Below the pieces are notes generated by a model. The model had not been told where the DNA came from. It did no database searches and saw only the letters and a program-made list of their open reading frames with translations. From Octopus vulgaris (Eukaryota): DNA of 64,000 nucleotides. Made by a program: the position numbers and the translations under genes. The stretch lies in NCBI GenBank assembly GCA_951406725.2, contig OX597814.1, positions 87,978,001 to 88,042,000 on the forward strand, written 5' to 3'. Below, piece after piece: positions 29,001 to 37,400 of this stretch (its first letter is position 1; every line of letters begins with the position of its first letter).

Positions 29001-31446
29001 TTATTTTGAGAATAAATCTGGTGATAGGTTGTACAAATTTTGAATATATTATAGTTACTGGTAACTGGGTAAGCTATTGCAAACTCAGCAATATGTTAAA
29101 CTTTGGACTATTAGTCTAGTCGTTGGCTGTACTGAAAACTTTTAACTTCTTTAACCTCATGACCTTGTTGTTAGTCCAATGTTTTATATTCAGGAACAAA
29201 TATGAAAAACATTCCTGAACACTCAGTATTTTCCTTTTGTACTTTGATTTCGATGTTTTCTTTTGACAATGGCAACCAACTTAACTGTAACTCCAGTTTG
29301 GTTTTCTGTGATTATTTTGTGGAAACTGTTACAGTATGTAAAGCAACTATATTCTTAAGATAAATGTATTATTAAGGTAGAAGGGGTAGACTCAGGAAGA
29401 CATGGACCTAGGTGGTGAAATATGATCTTCAATTGTTGTGCCTCACAAAAGCAATGACATGTGACCGAGACTTCTGGTGATTTGCTGTACCTGAGAAAAT
29501 CTGTCAAGCTAAGTGAATTGTGGTCATTGCCATTGACATGTGCTGGTGACATGTAAAATACCCAGTACACTCTTTAAAGTGGCTGGTGTTAGGAAGAGTA
29601 GCTAGCTGTAGAAACCAAGCCAAACAGATGACTGGAGCTTGGTGCAGCTCTCCAGCTTACCAGTCCTAGTCACACTGTCTAACCCATGCCAGCATGGAAA
29701 ACAGATGTTAAATGATCACACACACACACACACACAGCCTTCTCTCAGTTTACATCTACCAAATCCATTCACAAAACTTTAGGCATCCTCAGTTTTAAAT
29801 AGAAGTCACTCAAAGTGCCACACAGTGAAACTGAACCTGAAATCACTGGTTGTGGAGTGAACTTCTCAATACAGCCATGCCTGCTCTCAAATAATGTAGG
29901 AGTGGCTGTGTGGTAAGTAGCTTGCTTATGAACCACATGGATCTGGGTTCAGTCCCACTGCGTGGCACCTTGGGCAAGTGTCTTCTACTGTAGCGTCAGG
30001 CCGACCAAAGCCTTGTGAGTGGATTTGGTAGAAATCAGTGCCTGAAAAACCACTGAAATGTGGCTGTTATATTGCTACTGGACATCTTCCACTGAAGAGA
30101 CTGAGCAGGTTGAAATCACATGATCTGGCAGTTCTGCTCGTAGCAGATGATTCTTGTTTGACAGTGATATAAATATAAATGCTTTTATATACCATTCACT
30201 TGTATGAGAGATCCACTCATGGTAAATAATGCAGAATTTTGTGTTCTAATATAACATCAACGTTAAGTTGGACATAAAGATTGCCTTTTGGCATTTGTAC
30301 TACTTCTGTTGCTATCAATTATTTTTTAATAAGTCTACTGGATCTATGTGACATTGGTGCCTGAAACAACACTGAAATTTCAGATACCATTGATAGCGAG
30401 ATTTAGCTGTTATGTTGCTACTGGATGTCTACCACTGAGGAGACTAGGTAGGTTGAAATCATGTGCTCTGTCAGTTCTGATACCCATAGCAGACGATTCT
30501 TGCCTGCCAACAATATGCTTGCTTTTATGCACCATACATCCATATGAGAGGTCCTCTCAAAATAATATAGTATTCAGTGTTCTAGCAAAATATCTGTTAA
30601 ATTTGGACATATGTATAATGTATGTATATGTCGTAGTAATAATTTGTTAAATTGTTTAATTTTTCCTACAATAGAGGAAGTAATTCATGAAGAAGAGTTT
30701 GATGATAGGCACAATTCTCCTGGCTCAACCTCATCAGAAGCTGAACCTTTACCTGAAGAAGAATTAGTGACAAAACCAAATGTAAGTTGACTTTGTTTTC
30801 CCTATTGAAAAATTACATAATTTTTTTTTAATGATTTTAGCTCTGTTATAACTTTATAATGTAGATATCTCAGAGATATTTGAGTAGTCAGCAGATTTAG
30901 ACATTGAAATTGGAAAATAAATAAATAGATAAAAAAAATAAAGAAGAAAAAAGAGAGAGAAATTATATAAGCTTAATTAGAATCTGTAATGATATGGATT
31001 GAATTTCCTGAGCTTAGTGATTGAGATGACTGCCTGTCAAATTATATTGACATTGCTTTAAATGTAAAATAGAGGATTCAGAAAAAAGAAACATCATTTT
31101 CAACAGCATCTTCTAGTGGAATTAGAATTGTCAAATAGTAAATACAGACAGCTTACAAAGTGAAATAAGTTAGTTAGCTGTGAGGTCTGATTTCATGCAA
31201 GACTCTCCATCAGAACAATAAGAAATTATTAGTAAAATTAAATAATATGGAGCATTTATGGTTATTTTCCTTTATTCATGTTTAAAATATGTTCATTTTG
31301 ATTGCAAAAGTTACGGTAACATTGTCAGTGTGTTGCATGTATTTGATTTGTTTTAATAATCATCAATTTGTGGTACTCTTATTTTCTCTCCCCAGAATCC
31401 AGTAAGGCAAAGAACTTCACATACAAAGAAAAAGTCTTCCGCTTAA
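554..31446 (+). CDS. PNPLA6/PNPLA7 (sws): Neuropathy target esterase / swiss cheese-like patatin phospholipase, 5'-partial gene span with 20 coding exons (814 aa visible)
   Basis: Manually spliced exons join in frame. Translation has NTE hallmarks: [98 protein letters not shown]. Confidence 0.97.
1017..2302 (-). mobile_element. Decayed 5'-truncated RTE-like LINE with Cys/His-rich insert and (TGA)n-type tail
   Basis: Minus-strand peptides [10 protein letters not shown]..., LHWYGHV and [21 protein letters not shown]. 3' end reads ...GCATGGAAAACGGACATTAAACGATGATGA. Confidence 0.85.
2688..2821 (+). CDS. PNPLA6/PNPLA7 (sws): NTE exon TLLFSAG...[14 protein letters not shown]...DFYS
   Basis: ttttcag / gtatgt, conserved LAVLTGEP motif. 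Confidence 0.95.
3197..3402 (+). repeat. 3'-tail fragment of the 1017-2302 LINE family
   Basis: GCATTAGGAAGGGCATTCAGCTGTAAAAACCATG...CCATGCCAGCATGGA...ACGATGATGA. Confidence 0.75.
3905..4036 (+). CDS. PNPLA6/PNPLA7 (sws): NTE exon IMKKQPSIV...[13 protein letters not shown]...GKALFR
   Basis: tttcag / gtaaaa, conserved [11 protein letters not shown]. Confidence 0.95.
4200..5047 (-). mobile_element. Young 5'-truncated RTE-like LINE, uninterrupted C-terminal RT frame
   Basis: ORF 4209-5063 with [39 protein letters not shown]. (TGA)n tail, (AC)n on both flanks. Confidence 0.93.
5623..5796 (+). CDS. PNPLA6/PNPLA7 (sws): NTE exon (last cNMP domain) [18 protein letters not shown]...[16 protein letters not shown]...MAVR
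   Basis: cattag / gtaaat, cNMP-binding motifs. Confidence 0.95.
6190..6317 (+). CDS. PNPLA6/PNPLA7 (sws): NTE exon [38 protein letters not shown]
   Basis: ttttag / gtaatg, conserved KYPQ..RLIHLLG. Confidence 0.95.
6659..6748 (+). ncRNA. Intronic pre-miRNA-like hairpin
   Basis: 34-nt arms 6659-6692 and 6715-6748, 30 Watson-Crick pairs plus 1 G-U and 3 mismatches, 22-nt loop. Confidence 0.4.
6991..7116 (+). CDS. PNPLA6/PNPLA7 (sws): NTE exon ...[31 protein letters not shown]
   Basis: tttacag / gtaaat, phase 1-1. Confidence 0.95.
7495..7690 (+). repeat. 3'-tail fragment of the same LINE family
   Basis: GGCATCCAGCTGTAGAAACCATG...CCAACCCATGCC...ATGG. Confidence 0.7.
8083..8590 (-). repeat. 3' UTR fragment of the same LINE family with internal ~35-bp subrepeats
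   Basis: (CAT)n-TTTAATGTCTGTTGTCCATGCTGGCATGGGTTG and repeated TTGCCTCCGTGA..CCCA..TTGAAAGGAACTC units. Confidence 0.75.
8729..8792 (+). CDS. PNPLA6/PNPLA7 (sws): NTE exon [20 protein letters not shown]
   Basis: ttgtag / gtaatt, keeps frame between flanking exons. Confidence 0.9.
9975..10186 (+). repeat. Old family A SINE, CpG-decayed
   Basis: TGGCAGAATTGTTAG..GAGTTCAAATTCTGCC..CCTTTCATCC..AAGTACCAGTTGAGTACTGG. Confidence 0.8.
10698..10869 (+). CDS. PNPLA6/PNPLA7 (sws): NTE exon [22 protein letters not shown]...[10 protein letters not shown]
   Basis: tttcag / gtatgc, conserved motifs. Confidence 0.95.
10977..11032. repeat. (TA)n microsatellite
   Basis: Direct observation. Confidence 0.95.
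11568..11790 (-). mobile_element. Mariner remnant (one TIR plus transposase C-terminus)
   Basis: TATTGGGCCATCCCATAAGTAAT TIR-like end. Minus-strand [33 protein letters not shown]. Confidence 0.7.
11884..12066 (+). CDS. PNPLA6/PNPLA7 (sws): NTE exon ...[10 protein letters not shown]...[17 protein letters not shown]
   Basis: cttcag / gtaagt, conserved motifs. Confidence 0.95.
12248..12480 (+). repeat. Old family B SINE
   Basis: Degenerate head and GCCTTGTGAAAGGATTTGGTAGA..GAAAGAGGCCTGTC. Confidence 0.7.
13837..13955 (+). CDS. PNPLA6/PNPLA7 (sws): NTE exon ...[25 protein letters not shown] (patatin oxyanion loop)
   Basis: tttcag / gtaaga, GGGxR motif. Confidence 0.96.
16220..16376 (+). CDS. 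PNPLA6/PNPLA7 (sws): NTE exon with catalytic Ser motif GGTSIGS
   Basis: tttag / gtaagt, GxSxG. Confidence 0.96.
17350..18130 (+). mobile_element. Heavily decayed RTE-like LINE RT fragment
   Basis: [35 protein letters not shown] remnants with stops and frameshifts. Confidence 0.7.
18597..18660 (+). CDS. PNPLA6/PNPLA7 (sws): NTE exon [22 protein letters not shown]
   Basis: taacag / gtaaga, DLTYP motif. Confidence 0.95.
19217..19339 (+). CDS. PNPLA6/PNPLA7 (sws): NTE exon ...[15 protein letters not shown]...MRVHT
   Basis: ttgtag / gtaagg. Confidence 0.95.
19713..19905 (+). repeat. Old family A SINE
   Basis: Same B box, core and tail. Confidence 0.8.
20400..20516 (+). CDS. PNPLA6/PNPLA7 (sws): NTE exon with catalytic Asp: [38 protein letters not shown]
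   Basis: tatag / gtacgt, DGG motif. Confidence 0.97.
21554..21702 (+). CDS. PNPLA6/PNPLA7 (sws): NTE exon DVMRAKGA...AVDVGS...[14 protein letters not shown]
   Basis: ttccag / gtatga. Confidence 0.96.
22120..22335 (+). repeat. 3'-tail fragment of the same LINE family
   Basis: GTGGTTGGCATTAGGAAGGGCATCCAGCTGTAGAAACC...CATGCCAGCATGGAAAA. Confidence 0.75.
23073..23225 (+). CDS. PNPLA6/PNPLA7 (sws): NTE exon [16 protein letters not shown]...FGSFDEIY, ending at a GC donor
   Basis: ttccag acceptor. Donor TAT|GCAAGT gives FDEIY-EVGY continuity with the next exon. Confidence 0.92.
24387..24509 (+). CDS. PNPLA6/PNPLA7 (sws): NTE exon [14 protein letters not shown]...KKKASPLF
   Basis: ttgtag / gtaaga. 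Confidence 0.92.
25455..25828 (+). repeat. 3'-tail fragment of the same LINE family
   Basis: Same diagnostic motifs, ending in a degenerate (TGA)n tail. Confidence 0.7.
28858..28951 (+). CDS. PNPLA6/PNPLA7 (sws): NTE exon [21 protein letters not shown]...
   Basis: tcttag / gtaagt, FTDLAE motif conserved in the NTE C-terminal region. Confidence 0.93.
29365..29716 (+). repeat. 3' end fragment of the same LINE family
   Basis: GTAGAAGGGGTAGACTCAGGAAGACATGG (ORF end) through CCATGCCAGCATGGAAAACAGATGTTAAATGAT. Confidence 0.75.
29740..30032. repeat. Head-to-head pair of family B SINEs (minus 29740-29883, plus 29896-30032)
   Basis: Two copies in opposite orientation separated by about a dozen nt. 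Confidence 0.8.
30038..30277 (+). ncRNA. Candidate intronic box H/ACA-type RNA, copy 1
   Basis: Diverged duplicate of 30340-30612. ANANNA (AGATGA 30145-30150) and terminal ACA (30272-30274). Confidence 0.35.
30340..30612 (+). ncRNA. Candidate intronic box H/ACA-type RNA, copy 2
   Basis: Hairpin, then AGACGA (30491-30496), hairpin, ACA (30607-30609), ending ~60 nt before the 3' splice site. Confidence 0.42.
30675..30781 (+). CDS. PNPLA6/PNPLA7 (sws): NTE acidic C-terminal exon [10 protein letters not shown]...[10 protein letters not shown]
   Basis: aatag / gtaagt, in phase, acidic low-complexity tail as in NTE proteins. Confidence 0.8.
31396..31446 (+). CDS. PNPLA6/PNPLA7 (sws): NTE terminal coding exon [16 protein letters not shown]
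   Basis: Strong acceptor ttctctccccag, in-frame TAA at 31444-31446. Confidence 0.75.
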   Translation, partial: NPVRQRTSHTKKKSSA

Positions 31447-34400
31447 CATGCTACCCAATTTCCAATGAAGTGATCAGAAAAAAAAAGCAAAAACAAAAAA
31501 ACAAAACAAAACAAAACAAACAAACAAAAACAGCCTGATGTTTGAGCAGATGAATGCTGTTTATTTTCTATTGTAAATTGATTTCACCAATATGTCGACA
31601 TTGTCCTATCTGGAGCAGAATTAATGGTGCAGATTATGGCTTGGAATTCTCAGAAAGTGTACTCAAACTTTGAAATTTACGGAGAAATGATGGGTGCTTC
31701 TTTTCTATATCTGGTGGAATAATCTTCACAAATTTTGAGAGATAAGTGTATTTTGACAATAAAAACTGCAGATATACATTTTTTTTTCTTTCAAAGATTC
31801 ATTTGAGAGATGATTGGAGTGGATGAGTCAGAAAGAAGTTTATAACTGAACTGTAGTTAACCATGGTTATAGTCAATACAAAAGGAAAATTGAATGAAAT
31901 TAGATATATTTACAAACCTGCACAACTTCAAAAATTGAAATATAAAAAGAGAAAAAGCTTGGAATCATAATATGTGGAAGGACAATGTGTGTTCCAGAAA
32001 GTTCAGAGTTTAGACATTTAGATTTGTTGTACTTGTCAACTGTGGGTGTTATGATCCTCCTCTCCTTCCTCTGTCAATATAAGCAGTTTCCTTTTGAGTA
32101 GAAGACTGTTGTTTGTTTGAAGCATCACAAAATGTACAGAAAATCAGTATGTTATAGGTGATAGCAATGTATACAGAACATTAAATATAGACAATGCCAA
32201 TTTAGAACCATTACCTGAGAAATATGTAATTAGTATTGATATTTCTAGTTAAAAAATCTATGTCTAAGGCTTTCAAGAACCAGAGCCTTGTGAGTGGATT
32301 TGTTAGACAGAAACTGAAAGAAGTCTAGTGTGTGTGTATGTAGTCTGTGTTTGTCCCCCACCACTACTTGACAACCAGTGTTGTTGTGTTTATGTCCCTG
32401 TAACTTAACAGTTTAGCAAAAGAGACTGATTGATAAGTACCAAACTTTAAAAAAAAGTTCTGAAGTCAATTCGATTGACTGAAAATTCTTCAAGGCTGTG
32501 CCCCAGCATGACTGCAGTCTAATAATTGAAACAAGTAAAAGAAAAGATATAAATTACTTGTCCATTTGTTGGCATTTTCAATGCTTGTATATGATATCCT
32601 CATTATCACATATTTAAAGATATTGAAATTTAGGGTTGTGCTTTGTGTTTCATGGTCTAAGTATCAGTGTGGGGTGACACATGCATGGAGAAATTGGGTT
32701 AAATATTATGAATTATGATATTCATATAATTTATTGGCACCCGTTCATTTCAAGCCAATTGTTAAATCTACCCACAGCTCTAAATTTCTCTCAGGACTAA
32801 TGAAATATTTATGAGGTAGTATTTCAGTATCCTTATTAGGGTTGTTTTTGATATTTAATGTTCTATCTGTATTTCTATTGTCTACTACAGCACACTGATT
32901 TTCTTTAGACTACTTTGATACATGCATTTGTGCGTGAGAGAGAGAAATTCATAGTCATCAAGTTAGATAACCCTTTGCTATGTTGTTCTTATATATTTTA
33001 ACCTTCTTTGATCCTTTGCTAATAACCTCAATGTAATTTTTCATCCTTTTCTGAATAATCTTCAGTATTTGTTTCATATATGCAGATATCAATGTAATTG
33101 CTGTATCCATGCACTTCTGCTGGTGTGAGGATTAAGGAAAATGTGGAATGTCTCTGTCCTCCTAAATTTTAATTTCTTATTTTTTAACACAGCCTATGTA
33201 TATTTTTTTTACAGCTGTCTTCATTTCCTTGTCAAATACATTTGGTTATCCTCATAAGCTTAAATTTAATTCACTAAAAAATTCTAGTGTTCTTTGAGTG
33301 ACCAAAATGAAATAATTACTCTGAAGAATTTGCACTTCTTACAGTAAAAATTTATTTCTTATAGTTCCAATCTTACAAGTTTTTGCACGATTTCTTTGTT
33401 TCAGGAAAAAATATTTTCGTCTAGTGTTTGATTGTGACACACGGTGTGATATCACAAGTTATTGTTGATGTGACAAAACCTGATGTTATTGTTTTCTGTT
33501 GCTCACCACTTGGGTGAGTTTGACAATTAACTGTGTTTCTTTGTTCAATTGTTTGTTCATTTTATGTCCATTTTTCCATGCTTGCTTGGATTGGATTAAT
33601 GTGTTTTGAGGTATTGTTTTTACAGCTGGATTTCTTTTCCACCACTAACTCTTATCTGCTTTTTAAGTAAGGAATCTCTTATTTAACATAGTTTTGAAGG
33701 CACAAAGTGCCCTATGATTTGTTAGTAGAGGAAACTGACAACCACATCGCTCATTGTACCATATAGGTGATCACAGATTATAAAGTAAAACATACACACA
33801 CACACACGTGTTTCATTGATGGTCATCTTTCAGTTTCTGTTTATTAAATCGACTCACAAGACTTTGGTCATCCTGGGGCTATTGTGGAAAACACTTGCCG
33901 AAGGTACTGCTCATTGAGACTGAACCTAGAAACATGTGGTTGGGAAGTAAACTTCTCTATCATACAGCTATTCCTATAAATCTATTTTAATGTTATTGAA
34001 TATCACTATCCTCAGAGTGGCACAGAGATAAGTAATTAAATATTTAACCACTTAGCAATTTAAATATCTCGTGCTTTTGTTTTAGATACAAAATATGTGG
34101 CTGTTGGTCTGCTGAAATTTGTTTTTTGATCTATCTAATATTCCTTTATAAATGACAACATTCCATTTTTGTGTTCTGTCCTTAAATGTAGCATAAACAT
34201 GTGGCTGTTAATAGTTGTTGAAGCTTTAGTTATATTTAATAGGTCAAGTCATGTAGAAATTTCCTTGCCAGCTCAATTTTTCCCTCAATGCAGAAGAGGC
34301 TGGTATTTTATATAAACATTTAGTGTTTGAGTTGTTCAGCCCCAGGTCAACCCTAAATGAACCCTAAACGTTATGCGTTTCCTTTAAGGGAAATACAAGG

Positions 34401-37400
34401 ACTGCTTTATCCAATTTGCCCTTCCATTTTTAAAGACAGTAGGTGTTGAGGTGTGTGAGGGGGCAGGGGTGGGTCAGAAGTGACTACTATTTCTAACAAA
34501 TCAAGTGACTACATCAATACTACCTCATCAGCTCATATCTGTTAAGTAGTTGGAGTGATGCTCTTTATTAACACACAGTTTGAAAGTATATTAAAACATT
34601 TCCCTTTTTCAAATATTTCATATCTTGTTGAATTAAGGATGTTTCTATCATATAAGATTGCCAAAGTTTGATTCCCAGTGTTACCTATCCTTTGATTTCA
34701 TAGTTATTCTTGCTCGTTTCTTTGGTTTGCAAATTATCCTTTTCCCAGAAGGCAAATTTCTGTTGCGTTGGTTAAAAAAAGAAAAAAAGTATTATTTCTT
34801 TTTACTGTATTTCCTTCTAGCTGTCACTCAGTCGAGTCAATTAGATTGAAATTGGTAGAGTTACGTCCCTTGCCCTGAGATGCAGCATTGACTTCGGTAA
34901 TATTTCAGCTCCTTAATCTCAAAAATGTATAAATTTGTTACTACTATAATATTTTTGAATAACTTCTGCTATAATATTCGTGATAGTGTTTGTCATTTAG
35001 TAACTTGTAGAGTGTAAATACCATTTTTTGTTTGTTTTTCACATTTAATAAATTTTAGCTTTCAGAAATGTTTTCACAAGAAGCTGGAGAATATATTTTT
35101 GGTACATATTTCAAAATTTTAAATGAGTTTTGAATGATTGGTTTTGGAAATAAGTAATTCTTAATTATATTTCCATATTTATTTGTTAAATATATTAATG
35201 ATTATGTTATTCTATGTGTCTCATTTAAACCTTATTGTTAAGATTGGCAAACCACTTTTGTGAGAACATTCTTATATTTTGTGCCTTTTTGAAGAGGCTA
35301 ATAAGAATCTTTTCTGCATCAGCCTTCTCTAGATCCTATCCCTGCTTCATGATCAGGATCCATCTTTTTATCGATCCCTCCCATACACATACATTGGGAA
35401 ATATATATATGTAAAGGATAGTATGATATTTTACTTTGATGGCTCCACTAAACTACTAAATGATATAAGTAAGAGGGATATCATTTAGTAGTACATGTTA
35501 AAATTAGAAAAATTTATGGCTGTGTAGTTTAGAAGTTTGCCTTGCAATAATGTAATACCACAATGTCATACCTTGGGCATGTATTCTACTAATGTTTTAG
35601 GTTGGCTGAAGCATTGAGTGACATTTAAAAGAGTAGAACTGTGCAGTTTGTTAGATGTGTCCGTGTTTAGCATGGAATTGTTAATTTGTGCCAAACAAAA
35701 TTACTTTGGGGTCTTTGATTCCATCTTGGTTACTTCCCTTTATTCTCAGATTGACTTTGCCATTCTACCTATGTGGTTTTTAAAATAAGTATCATACAAA
35801 GTACTGGGTTGATACAATAAACTAAAACCCTTGAAGGCAATACCTTGCATAACTGCAACTGAATAATTGAAATCAGTAACAGAATATCTCTGATACTGAT
35901 GTAATATTACATTCTGAGGTGCAATGCCATCGCAGTTTTTTCTTGCAGTAGGAATACAGACTCTAAGATTTTATCAAGATTATCTTAATTCCATTTATTT
36001 GTAGTGTGATCTTTACATTTCTTTCAAAGTCTACCCTACAAATTTATTGGAATATCAAAAGGCAGTGTTCTTTTAATGAAAACAAAGATGGTGTCATTTG
36101 TCCTGGTTTTGTATGAATATATCTATGTATATGCACACTAACAGAAAAAAATTCCTTCTAATCTAATTTGGTTGTGTTCTGGTGTGATGTGATTCTGGAC
36201 ATAAATGTAACAAATCACATTTTTGGTGATATTTTACTTGTATCGGGAGTCTGTCGTCTTTTATTGCAGAATAAATTTCACTTAATGGTAATGTTCTTCT
36301 TTGTGATATTCAACCAAGAATTTTGGCTATTATTTTTGGAATAATATGCAGTAAGATGAGGTTGAATGTGTTTGGTATTCTGTTTCCATTTTACATGGAT
36401 GGGTGATTTTGCTTTATTAAAGGAAATATTTTTACATAATACCTTTTGCACTCTACCATGAAGATGGAATTGAACCTGTTGTCAGTCAGAAAACTAATGC
36501 AGGGTTATTTGCATTTCATGGGTTGCAATACATTAGATGTAGTAAGGTTTGAACTCATGACCATGTAATCAATAGTGCTATTCCTGTCTTTTGTTTACAT
36601 GTATTATTTTGAAGAAACTGTTTGAATTGGGAATCGTTATGCGTTTCCTCAAGGTACTAGATGGCTGGATTGTTGGAGTATCAGACAGAATAATTTGTAG
36701 TCTGTCTTAGCTCTTTACATTTTGAATTTAAATCCTGTTGAAGTCAACTTTGCCTTTCTTCCTCTTGTAGTTGATAAAATAAAGAACCAGTCAATGATAA
36801 TGACTAACACCTTGCCCTCAAATTTCAGGCCTTGTGTTGTGTCTATGCTAGAAACAGTAATATATTTCCTAGTTATAATTACAAGATTAAATTAACCAAT
36901 CTTATTACATTTGCCATAATGCTTATGCCATTGCTTCACTCTTAAGATCAGAGACAACATTTTTGCATTGGGAATGCACTTTCTCCTCATAGCACACCAA
37001 TTTGTTTTTTCCAATGCTATTTTTCTTTTCTTTTTTTATTTAATATTTGAGCCTTCTTGCTTCTCTCCTGGGAAAGAGAACTATTGGATGTCTTCATGGT
37101 TCATTTAATTCTTATTTAAAGAAACCTTACTGTTTTATGTTTCTAGGTTTCATAATTATAATCTCATCATTTTTATTAAGGTGTCAATAAAACTGAGATA
37201 AATGGTATAGTTATAATGGATAAAACATGATTAGTATGTTTTAATGTTATTAGCTTCTTAATCTTTGCATTTTAATTCGTCTTCATCCTGCAGTCATGTG
37301 TTATCTAATAACTATGTCTGAGTCTCCTGATAATAGATAAAGCATGATTGCTTTATGTAAAGTAGCATTCTTTACAGATTTCTAAAATCCTAAAGCATAT

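Noticed and set aside
30348-30650. 100-aa ORF over the duplicated element as an alternative NTE exon
   Set aside because: The paralogous copy does not keep the frame, there is no NTE similarity, and the flanking exons join in phase without it.
31426-31446. C-terminal KKKSSA as a di-lysine ER retrieval signal
   Set aside because: Lysines are at -4 to -6, whereas KKXX and KXKXX need a lysine at -3.
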